Positions 1 to 10,145 of a stretch of 64,000 bases of DNA are shown here, piece after piece. Source of the DNA: Rhynchopus sp. YZ270_cl-10. Lineage: Eukaryota. How positions within the stretch are numbered: position 1 is the stretch's first letter; each line of letters starts with the position of its first letter. The translations under genes were made by a program, and so were the position numbers. The stretch covers positions 1,860,001-1,924,000 of the forward strand of contig OZ037838.1 of the NCBI GenBank assembly GCA_964035575.1, given 5' to 3'. The notes under the pieces are model-generated. The model was given only the letters and a program-made list of their open reading frames with translations. It did not search any database and was not told the DNA's origin.

Positions 1-2241
1 GGGGTCCAGTGCAGGCAGTGTGGGCAGGCCATGGACGCGAGAGGCGACCACATTTTCGCCTGCAAGATGGGAGGACACCGCATTCTGAGGCACAACGCAG
101 TACGCGACTTCGTCTACTCCGTTGCGAACGAAGCAGGTCTAGGCCCCACTCTCGAACCCCAACACCTGGTACTGGGGAACAAGAAGCCAGCAGACCTCTT
201 CCTGTCCACGGGGGTGGGCGAGTCGCGGGGGCGGGCCATTGACGTGACAGTGTGGACCCCGACGTGCAAGTCGATGGTGCAGGGTGCTGCGGTGGCCAAG
301 GGGTACACGGCAACGAAGGCGGAGGCGGCGAAGAGGGGGAAGCACCAGGCCGCCTGCATTGCTGCACGGATCACCTTCACTCCATTCGCATTGGAGACGA
401 CGGGAGGGTTCGGGCCTGCGGCATCCACAATCTGGACGCAAATGCTACGCTTCGCAGCCGACAGGAAGCTGGGCAGCAAGCAGGAGATGTCGCGTCGTTG
501 GGCGTGGGGGATGGGCACTACGCTGCAGCGGATGATTGGCAAGTCAGCGATGGACAGAGGGTGTCTGCGCGGGGACACAGCAGGCGCGCTCAGGGAGAGG
601 ATAGAGGTGGACGTCGCGCCGTTGCCAGGTGAGGACGAACACTTCCGACTTCCTCCCGACCACCTGCCTCCCATAGATAATGCACCAGACGACGGTCTAT
701 TCGATATCGACGTGTCCGCACTGAACCCCGAAGAGCCTGCGGAGCACCCTGACCCTCCACCTTGCCCTAACCCGGCGGATGGGAGCGCAACTCGACCACA
801 GACGTTCCACGAAGAACGTTGGAACACCCTCGGGATGACAGTCCCAACGGTAACAGTGCCGTTCACTGTCGGGGACTGCGCCTTTGATGCAGTCAGGTGG
901 CTGCTACGGGAGTGGAGGGACATCTCCTCTGGGGACCTGCGGAAGCTTGCAGTGACGAGGGTCAAGCAGGACAGGGACCTGGCGAACTCGGCGGAACCGA
1001 CTTTCGGGTCGTGGGTGCGCTGGATGAGCGTGGAGGGGAGTCCGGACACTCGTTCGTGGGCGGACGTGACGGCGTTGGCTGGTCTCTCCCGTGCATTACA
1101 GATAGTTGTGGCGGTGGTGCGGGCGGACAGCAAGACGACATTCCTGAGACCGGCGGCAGCCCCACGAGGTGCGATAGCCCTGCTACACGAAGGACCGGTG
1201 GGCGCCGGGCACTACTCCCCTCTAGTGGTAGGTGCAGTGGCGATGGAGATGATGATGAAGATGGAGCCACAAATCCCCCCTGTGGAGATGCAGTGCATGA
1301 ACACCGGAACGCTGTCGTACATGGGTGACAGGCAGGATAGAGACGGAGAGATGGTGACGTGTGAGGGCTGCGCTGCGGTATTCGAGGACAGCATTGCACA
1401 TTGGTTCTGTTCGGCGTGCCCACTCAAGTGGTGTACTAATGAGGCCTGCGCAGGGGAGGGCGCTAAATGTGCAGCACGCAGGCGCAGAGCCACCACCACT
1501 CCTTCAACATCGACCACCAGCCAGGGAGGTAGCTTTTACAACAACAGCAACCCAGCACCCCCACTGGCCGAGGTAGAGATTAAGGAAGAGGAGTTGGATG
1601 AGGCCTTCGAGTCCAGCCGCATGGAGATGGAAAGGCGCAGCAACAGCAACAGCAACAGCAACAACAACAACAACAGCAACAACAACAACGACACCAACAA
1701 CGACACCAACACTGACAACAACGACGACGACGTTGCCGACACCAACCACGACACTAACATGACCGAGAACGCCGCACCGACAATGACCGCAATGAGGACC
1801 AGCTTTCAACAACAAAAGCCATCAGCTATCCTGTGCGAATTAAAGGAGGGGTCGGCCAAAAAAGGTGCATGGAAGGAAGCATCCGCCAGGAAGAGGAGGG
1901 AACAGGCGGAGCAGCGCGTCGCCGAAAAACGCGCAGAGAAGGCTGCGGCCAAAAGGCGAGCACCCACCGCCCACCCAGCAGGATCTGACGCCCCTGTGGA
2001 GGTAGCTTCCTGTGCGAGGTATGGAGAGACTGTGCCCGCCAGTGTAGATGAGTGGCGGAGGCACTTCTACCCCGAGCGTGGGCAGAAGCAGGGCAGCACC
2101 CCCCTGAGTCCGGAGAGAGCGCTGCAGGACCTGCAGGAGTGGTGGGAGGAGAGGCAGGTGAGCGGTGACGGGAGACGGGAGAAGAGAGAGACGGAGCGGT
2201 TCCGGAACGCCAAGGAGCTGCTCCGTAGGATGGCTGCTTAG
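1..2241 (+). CDS. 3' part of non-LTR retrotransposon ORF (CRE/RLE type): CCHC finger, restriction-like endonuclease, OTU-like protease, Cys-rich finger
   Basis: Frame is open from base 1: CRQC...H..AC (CCHC), RHNAVRD, EP...KPADL, AIDVTV, AEAAKRGKH, FTPFALETTGGFG form the RLE signature. Then GDCAFDAV...WADVTALAGLS...GHYSPL (OTU-like) and CEGC...CSAC...C...C. The RT would lie upstream of the window. Confidence 0.85.
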   Translation, partial: GVQCRQCGQAMDARGDHIFACKMGGHRILRHNAVRDFVYSVANEAGLGPTLEPQHLVLGNKKPADLFLSTGVGESRGRAIDVTVWTPTCKSMVQGAAVAKGYTATKAEAAKRGKHQAACIAARITFTPFALETTGGFGPAASTIWTQMLRFAADRKLGSKQEMSRRWAWGMGTTLQRMIGKSAMDRGCLRGDTAGALRERIEVDVAPLPGEDEHFRLPPDHLPPIDNAPDDGLFDIDVSALNPEEPAEHPDPPPCPNPADGSATRPQTFHEERWNTLGMTVPTVTVPFTVGDCAFDAVRWLLREWRDISSGDLRKLAVTRVKQDRDLANSAEPTFGSWVRWMSVEGSPDTRSWADVTALAGLSRALQIVVAVVRADSKTTFLRPAAAPRGAIALLHEGPVGAGHYSPLVVGAVAMEMMMKMEPQIPPVEMQCMNTGTLSYMGDRQDRDGEMVTCEGCAAVFEDSIAHWFCSACPLKWCTNEACAGEGAKCAARRRRATTTPSTSTTSQGGSFYNNSNPAPPLAEVEIKEEELDEAFESSRMEMERRSNSNSNSNNNNNSNNNNDTNNDTNTDNNDDDVADTNHDTNMTENAAPTMTAMRTSFQQQKPSAILCELKEGSAKKGAWKEASARKRREQAEQRVAEKRAEKAAAKRRAPTAHPAGSDAPVEVASCARYGETVPASVDEWRRHFYPERGQKQGSTPLSPERALQDLQEWWEERQVSGDGRREKRETERFRNAKELLRRMAA

Positions 2242-2298
2242 GAGGAAAGCGGCCAGCATTAGATTCGTTTTTAGACCCCCCCCCCCTTTTCTTTTGTG

Positions 2299-2527
2299 CA
2301 CGACGGTGAAGTATAGTACATTACAAGTGAAGTTACATGTAACGTTACAAGTGAAAAACCGTTACAAGTGAGTTACAAGTGAGTTACAAGTGGGATACAT
2401 GAATTACAGGCAAAATCAGGTTGTAACTGGTGGGTTACAAGTGAGTTACAAGTGAGTTACATGTAACAAAAGTTACATGTAACTCACTTGTAACTCCACT
2501 TGTAACACCCGTTACTTCACCGTCGTG
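2299..2527. mobile_element. MITE with CACGACGGTGAAGTA TIRs (CACTA/EnSpm-like)
   Basis: TIR CACGACGGTGAAGTA / TACTTCACCGTCGTG, TG on both sides (possible 2-bp TSD), GTTACAAGT subterminal repeats. Related ends at ~24890-25054 and ~57496. Confidence 0.75.
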
Positions 2528-2875
2528 TGTGTAGCAACACTCGTTTCTTCCCTTTTCTTTTCCCCCACCCCTCTTCTTTAGAGACCTGTTTGTCTAGATT
2601 TTTGCTGAACCGCATCTAGTCCTCGCTCAGAATGGCCGTGAGTGACGCAAGGACTCGTGAGTAAGATGATGTGTTTGGTAATCTGTGAATTCCCTTTCCC
2701 CTCCCTCCCTCCCCCCACCCCCAGCCCCTCCCATACGAGTTCCATGAGTGACCGCTAATGGCGTTAATTACCTTATCAAAAAAGACTACAAAGACAAAAA
2801 GAACAAAAAGGACGCTTGTTGTGACAAGAACGGAACTTCGTATTGTAAAAAGAAAACATCCCCCCCCCCCCCCCC

Positions 2876-4077
2876 TAGGGGGTCCGACTGTGAGTAAAAT
2901 TACCGTACCAAAAACTCATTATTAAACTTCTGGTCATCTCCAAGGCAACTGCGGGTGAAAAACACCCTCAGAGTGGGTCACAGGGGGCCTGTGGGTCGAA
3001 AAACGACCCAGAAGCCACCCCAGAATACAAAAAAATGGAAAAAAATAGTGAAAAAACGGCTTTTTTCACGTTTTGGCCATGTTGGGCAAAACAGCGATTT
3101 TTCAAGAAAAAAACCAAAAAACGGCATATTTTTTGACATCACAAAGCCTCCTTTGGCACAAATATACCCCAAAAGTGGCCTGTGAGTCCATTCCAACCTG
3201 TTTTGGGCATATTTGACACTTTTGGAAGTGTTTTTTTGGTGTTTTCACACTGAAAAACACCCCCAAAAGTGCTAGGGACACCCTAGGGACAGCACTGCCA
3301 CCATTGCTCCGACCACATTCTCGGCCATATTTTTGCTTAAAACCCCCGAAAAAGGGCCCCCGGAACCCCAATCTTTCCAAATTTCCACCTCATCCCCACC
3401 CAAACACCGCAAAAACACGATAGAAAATCGTCTTAAAAAACACATTTTTTTCAAAAAGGTCATCAGGCGGGTTCCATAATAGCCTTTTTGAAAAAAGTGT
3501 GTTTTTAAAGACGATTTTCTATCGTGTTTTTGCGGTGTTTGGGTGGGGATGAGGTGGAAATTTGGAAAGATTGGGGTTCCGGGGGCCCTTTTTCGGGGGT
3601 TTTAAGCAAAAATATGGCCGAGAATGTGGTCGGAGCAATGGTGGCAGTGCTGTCCCTAGGGTGTCCCTAGCACTTTTGGGGGTGTTTTTCAGTGTGAAAA
3701 CACCAAAAAAACACTTCCAAAAGTGTCAAATATGCCCAAAACAGGTTGGAATGGACTCACAGGCCACTTTTGGGGTATATTTGTGCCAAAGGAGGCTTTG
3801 TGATGTCAAAAAATATGCCGTTTTTTGGTTTTTTTCTTGAAAAATCGCTGTTTTGCCCAACATGGCCAAAACGTGAAAAAAGCCGTTTTTTCACTATTTT
3901 TTTCCATTTTTTTGTATTCTGGGGTGGCTTCTGGGTCGTTTTTCGGCCCACAGGCCCCCTGTGACCCACTCTGAGGGTGTTTTTCACCCGCAGTTGCCTT
4001 GGAGATGACCAGAAGTTTAATAATGAGTTTTTGGTACGAAATTTTATACACAAGTCTATTAGGAGTCGGACCCCCTA
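2876..4077. mobile_element. Foldback element A1 (~1.2 kb near-perfect palindrome)
   Basis: Termini TAGGGGGTCCGACT / AGTCGGACCCCCTA; ~550-bp arms around a centre near 3470; C16 on the left and C15 on the right. Confidence 0.85.
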
Positions 4078-4092
4078 CCCCCCCCCCCCCCC

Positions 4093-5291
4093 TAGGGGAG
4101 GGTCACTGCACGTTAAATCTCTCGATAAATGCGATTTTTCCGATTTTGATCCTCAGAACCGCAGAAGTCCCCGAAAACTATACCAAACCACCTAGGGGAC
4201 CCAAAAAACGCACCAGCGACCCAGTTTTGACACAGAAACACTCAGATGATGCCTGAAATGCAATTTTAAAAGAGTGCCTACAGAACTTGTACCTGCCCAC
4301 CCCCGTAGATAGAGCAACTCACGCATCCATCACGCCTCAGTGTGGGCCAGGGGCCAGAAAAGCCCCCAAAGCCACATATTTTCACCCCAGAACCTATCCC
4401 GAGGGGTACCCAGGCTGTTTCGGGGTGTTTAGAGGGACTTGGTGGAACTTAGAACCATGTTTCAAAAAGTGTACAAGTACTGTGCCAAGGGTTTGCCCTC
4501 TCAAGGGACCAAGTACTTGTACCCTTTTTGAAACATGGTTCTAAGTTCCACCAAGTCCCTCTAAACACCCCGAAACAGCCTGGGTACCCCTCGGGATAGG
4601 TTCTGGGGTGAAAATATGTGGCTTTGGGGGCTTTTCTGGCCCCTGGCCCACACTGAGGCGTGATGGATGCGTGAGTTGCTCTATCTACAGGGGGGGTGGG
4701 CAAGGTACAAGTTGGTGGTCACTTTTAAAAAATGCAAAAAAGTCGCTCAGAAGTGGTCAAAAGTGCCCAAAACCGGGCGGAATTCGATTTTTGGGGTCCA
4801 AATGGGCCTATGGTGTGGTTTTTTTGACCTCAGGGGGTATTTTTTGATTTATTGCCTACTTCACGTTTTTTGACGGCTTCAGATACCTTAGGGTGGGAAA
4901 ACCCTTGGTACCAGGTGCGTGACACTTTTTGAAACATAGTTCTAAGTTCCACCAAGTCCCTCTAAACACCCCGAAACAGCCTGGGTACCCCTCGGGATAG
5001 GTTCTGGGGTGAAAATATGTGGCTTTGGGGGCTTTTCTGGCCCCTGGCCCACACTGAGGCGTGATGAATGTGTGATTTGCTCTATCTACGGGGGTGGGCA
5101 GGTACAAGTTCTGTAGGCATTTTTTTAAAATTGCATTTCAGGCATCATCTGAGTATTTCTGTGTCAAAACTGGGGCGCTGGTGCGTTTTTTGGGTCCCCT
5201 AGGTGGTTTGGTATAGTTTTCGGGGACTTCTGCGGTTCTGAGGATCAAAATCGGAAAAATCGCATTTATCGAGTACAGTGACCCTCCCCTA
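4093..5291. mobile_element. Foldback element B (~1.2 kb, long TIRs plus internal hairpin)
   Basis: Termini TAGGGGAGGGTCACTG / CAGTGACCCTCCCCTA; ~4125-4470 is inverted at ~4925-5270; extra internal inverted copy ~4520-4712; flanked by C15 and C19. Confidence 0.85.
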
Positions 5292-5643
5292 CCCCCCCCC
5301 CCCCCCCCCCTCCAGAACCAGCTGGGTACCAAACTGGAACGCTAAGTAAAACCACACTGACTGGACAGTCTGTCTTCTCCCCTGCCTCTCCCATGTTAAT
5401 ACTCCATTTTTCCTCAATTGTCAATGGTGCTGACTGTGCTGATGACAATAACAATCCATCTCTAGTTTTGTTCACTTTTGTGCCTCGTTCTAACTAACCG
5501 GCACTGTACAGATTGTAAGACATCTGGCCCTCGCTTCGCTCGGACCAAGTGCTTTTCATGTGCATAGTAAACGTACCCCCCTCGCCCTGTCCAGTTTGGT
5601 GTGGAAAAAAAAAAGTCGAGCCTTGGGCTAAGTTGAACAACAC

Positions 5644-5685
<42 letters not shown>

Positions 5686-5994
5686 GGGAATGTTCTGCCG
5701 GGATTTTTGGACGATTCGTTTTTCCCGGACAAAAAACCCACACAAATTATAAAGTGACACCCCCTTGTGTCAAGGACATGTCAACGACGTGTCAATATAG
5801 GCCCCCTCCGGAACACCAAGCGAGCGGAAGAAGGGTGTACACTCTTTGGTTGTAAAAGGTGCGTGCGTACTGGGCAGCTTCACGCCACAGTTCGGGCGAG
5901 CATACCTGCAGAAGAGCAGAATGCTGGGCGTGTTGTAGATTATTTCTACAGGATGGAGTTCCATCACACCCCGTTTTTTTTCCGATAGCAATTA

Positions 5995-7352
5995 CAGGGT
6001 AGATCCTTATTTTCGCTAAAAACGCTAAAAATCCCAGATTTATTTTCGTTTTTTTCCTTTTTTTTTCTCTCCCGTTTTTGAAATTTTTCCGCGCAGGCCT
6101 GACGCTAACTTTCAGGTTTTTGGGAAATCGTGGGGGTTATGGTTTGTCCACGAGCGCAGCGAGCAGAAAAATTGAGTGACGGTCTAAAAAAAAAATCCAA
6201 CAAGCAGGTTGACTGTACTGAGGCAGAATAGTGGTGTTTTTTTACACATCTCAGCTGTCGTAGAACCAAACCCCAGGGGATAATATAGGTTTTGGGGGTT
6301 TTCGCTGAAACTCGGTCGAGCCCAACCCAGCTCGTTAGGGCCTCCGGCGGAATAGAATTCCTCGGTTATCCTACTGCGGAGTTCGACACTGTATTGATAA
6401 TTGCACCAGGCACCTCAATATATTTACAAAAAGAAACGGCGGTCGTGGCACCCATGGCGAAGCCACGGTACGCAACATTTCTGAAAATGTTGCCATAAAG
6501 CGGCACTGTCGTTGGTAATTATCAACAGTTACTGTAAATTTTACTTCCAGATTTTGCTGAAACGAAAGTTTCTGGCGAAGCCACGGTACGCAACATTCCA
6601 AAAAATTGCGCTCAAAATTGCACATTTTTACTGCCAAACTAGTCATGGGAAGGGTGGGTTGCAATCTTGCGCCGCAGGCACACGGTACGCTACTTTTTTT
6701 TCTTTCGCATGCTTCCTTTTCCTTCGGCATTTGACCAATTAAATCGCATTCTGGCTGTGACCCTTGTCGGACACTGCGCCCTCTGACAAGGGTAATACTT
6801 TCTAGAAACATTCTGAAAAAAAGTGGTACTGCCCGGCATTAGCAAAAGAAAATTTTCAAAATTAAATAGGTAGTGCCGATGCACCAGCAGTTTGGGTAGG
6901 CGAGACCGCATTGGGTGAACCTCCGCGAGCGCAGCGAGCGGAAATTTTTTTTCGCAGTTTTTGGGCAAAGTTCAAAATCCCACCAAAAATTAAGTTGTGG
7001 ACATAGTAATTGTGTTCTTCAAAAATATGCTTCAAAATTGTCTTATGCAAGGTGACACTGAGAATTGACACTCATTGGTTCTTGTCTTATGAAGTGAAGA
7101 CAAATATTAAAGGGGCATTGGCGGGCCGAAGGCCAGCCAAAAAAACGGTAGCGAACTTTTACTTTTTTTCCTTTCGGTTTCCCCCTTATTTTGACTTTCC
7201 GGATCGATTGCGGACCGTGGTGGTGCCACTCTGTGGCTGGAAATTAGTAGGTAACCAAAAAAATGAGCCAGAGAAAAAAGGAAAAAAAAAAAAGGAAAAA
7301 AAAATAAAAAATCTCGAATCCTTATTTTCACTTTCGCTAAGGATCTACCCTG
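5995..7352. mobile_element. Non-autonomous hAT-like DNA transposon
   Basis: TIR CAGGGTAGATCCTTA / TAAGGATCTACCCTG with a perfect 8-bp TSD AGCAATTA (5987-5994, 7353-7360), inserted in the end of another repeat. Confidence 0.85.
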
Positions 7353-7494
7353 AGCAATTACTTGTTTTTTTTTTTTCCTTTTCGTTTTTTGGCCATTTAA
7401 GCAGTAATTCCCGCCGAATAAAGTATACGTATACTTTAATAGCTCCCCCCCCAGTATCAGACTAGCTTAAACTCAGATGACAGTTTTTATTTTT

Positions 7495-7616
7495 GGGATT
7501 GAAATCAGCGGATCGAATTGAGTTAAATGCGGGGTCGTAGGGTCAAAAATTTGCATCTGTGGTTTATTAAGTGAACGAGGCCCAGAGTATACGCCTAACG
7601 AGATCTTGGCTGATAT
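7495..7616 (-). repeat. Terminal fragment of the ATATCAGCC-TIR element family
   Basis: Diverged reverse complement of 22622-22745. Confidence 0.7.
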
Positions 7617-7622
7617 GTGAAC

Positions 7623-8435
7623 CTGTACTGTACTGTACTGTACTGTACTGTACTGTACTGTACTGTACTGTACTGTACTGTACTGTACTGTACTGTACTG
7701 TACTGTACTGTACTGTACTGTACTGTACTGTACTGTACTGTACTGTACTGTACTGTACTGTACTGTACTGTACTGTACTGTACTGTACTGTACTGTACTG
7801 TACTGTACTGTACTGTACTGTACTGTACTGTACTGTACTGTACTGTACTGTACTGTACTGTACTGTACTGTACTGTACTGTACTGTACTGTACTGTACTG
7901 TACTGTACTGTACTGTACTGTACTGTACTGTACTGTACTGTACTGTACTGTACTGTACTGTACTGTACTGTACTGTACTGTACTGTACTGTACTGTACTG
8001 TACTGTACTGTACTGTACTGTACTGTACTGTACTGTACTGTACTGTACTGTACTGTACTGTACTGTACTGTACTGTACTGTACTGTACTGTACTGTACTG
8101 TACTGTACTGTACTGTACTGTACTGTACTGTACTGTACTGTACTGTACTGTACTGTACTGTACTGTACTGTACTGTACTGTACTGTACTGTACTGTACTG
8201 TACTGTACTGTACTGTACTGTACTGTACTGTACTGTACTGTACTGTACTGTACTGTACTGTACTGTACTGTACTGTACTGTACTGTACTGTACTGTACTG
8301 TACTGTACTGTACTGTACTGTACTGTACTGTACTGTACTGTACTGTACTGTACTGTACTGTACTGTACTGTACTGTACTGTACTGTACTGTACTGTACTG
8401 TACTGTACTGTACTGTACTGTACTGTACTGTACTG
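7623..8435. repeat. (TACTG)n pentanucleotide satellite
   Basis: Perfect tandem array of ~810 bp. Confidence 0.98.
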
Positions 8436-9325
8436 TGTACTGTACTGTACTGTACTGTGTACTGTACTGCACTGTGTACTGTACTGCACTGTACTGTGTA
8501 CTGTGTACTGTGTACTGTGTACTGTGTACTGTGTACTGTGTACTGTGTACTGTGTACTGTGTACTGTGTACTGTGTACTGTGTACTGTGTACTGTGTACT
8601 GTGTACTGTGTACTGTGTACTGTGTACTGTGTACTGTGTACTGTGTACTGTGTACTGTGTACTGTGTACTGTGTACTGTGTACTGTGTACTGTGTACTGT
8701 GTACTGTGTACTGTGTACTGTGTACTGTGTACTGTGTACTGTGTACTGTGTACTGTGTACTGTGTACTGTGTACTGTGTACTGTGTACTGTGTACTGTGT
8801 ACTGTGTACTGTGTACTGTGTACTGTGTACTGTGTACTGTGTACTGTGTACTGTGTACTGTGTACTGTGTACTGTGTACTGTGTACTGTGTACTGTGTAC
8901 TGTGTACTGTGTACTGTGTACTGTGTACTGTGTACTGTGTACTGTGTACTGTGTACTGTGTACTGTGTACTGTGTACTGTGTACTGTGTACTGTGTACTG
9001 TGTACTGTGTACTGTGTACTGTGTACTGTGTACTGTGTACTGTGTACTGTGTACTGTGTACTGTGTACTGTGTACTGTGTACTGTGTACTGTGTACTGTG
9101 TACTGTGTACTGTGTACTGTGTACTGTGTACTGTGTACTGTGTACTGTGTACTGTGTACTGTGTACTGTGTACTGTGTACTGTGTACTGTGTACTGTGTA
9201 CTGTGTACTGTGTACTGTGTACTGTGTACTGTGTACTGTGTACTGTGTACTGTGTACTGTGTACTGTGTACTGTGTACTGTGTACTGTGTACTGTGTACT
9301 GTGTACTGTGTACTGTGTACTGTGT
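8436..9325. repeat. (TACTGTG)n heptanucleotide satellite after a short mixed junction
   Basis: Mixed 5/7-mer units ~8436-8495, then perfect 7-mer. Confidence 0.98.
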
Positions 9326-9333
9326 AAAAACCA

Positions 9334-10145
9334 TAGGGGGACCCTATGGATTTTTGGATTTTGAACTGAAAATTTTGGAGCATAAATTTGGAGAACAAAA
9401 TTACTATGTCCGAGTTTGAGGCCCAAAAATTCCATTAAAGCAAGAATTTTTAACTTTTGAGTATCTGTGGTACTCTCATATTTTTTTCTAACTCGCACAA
9501 AATTTCTAAAAACGGTGTTAAAACGTGGCCACCAACTTGTACCTGCCCACCCCCTGTAGGTAGAGCAACTCACACATCCATCACGCCTCAGTGTGAGCCA
9601 GGGGCCAGAAAAGCCCCCAAAGCCACATATTTTCACCCCAAAACCTATCCCGAAAGGTACCCAGGCTATTTCGGGGTGTTTAGAGGGACTTGGTGGAACT
9701 TAGAACCATGTTTCAAAAGGGTACCAGTACTTAGTACCTTGGGTGGGAAAACCCTTGGTACGAGTTCCTTGACACTTTTAGAAACATGGTTCTAAGTTCC
9801 ACCAAGTCCCTCTAAACACCCCGAAACAGCCTGGGTACCCCTCGGGATAGGTTCTTGGGTGAAAATATGTGGCTTTGGGGGCTTTTCTGGCCCCTGGCTC
9901 ACACTGAGGCGTGATGGATGTGTGAGTTGCTCTACCTACAGGGGGTGGGCAGGTACAAGTTGTGTGTACATTTTTGAAAAAAGCAGATACGGGGCTTCTT
10001 GAGGCTCAAAACTGCTCAAAACCGGGCGCAGCTGGATTTTTGGACATCTGAGGGTGGTATTTTCTGGTTTTGGTCATTTTTTAGCACTTTAATAGGAACA
10101 AAAACTCATTTTTTTCAATTTGTTTACCCCTTTTGACCCCCCCTA
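9334..10145. mobile_element. Foldback-B-related element (partial)
   Basis: Hairpin ~9536-9962 homologous to the element B core; starts TAGGGGG and ends CCCCCTA followed by C8; the outer arms do not pair. Confidence 0.6.

Noticed and set aside
2955..5332. Duplicated short ORFs within the palindromes
   Set aside because: By-products of the inverted repeats; no transposase motifs.
7473..9636. Long 580-690 aa ORFs (STVQY/TVHSTQY/CTVLY repeats)
   Set aside because: Open in all frames only because the satellite lacks stop codons.
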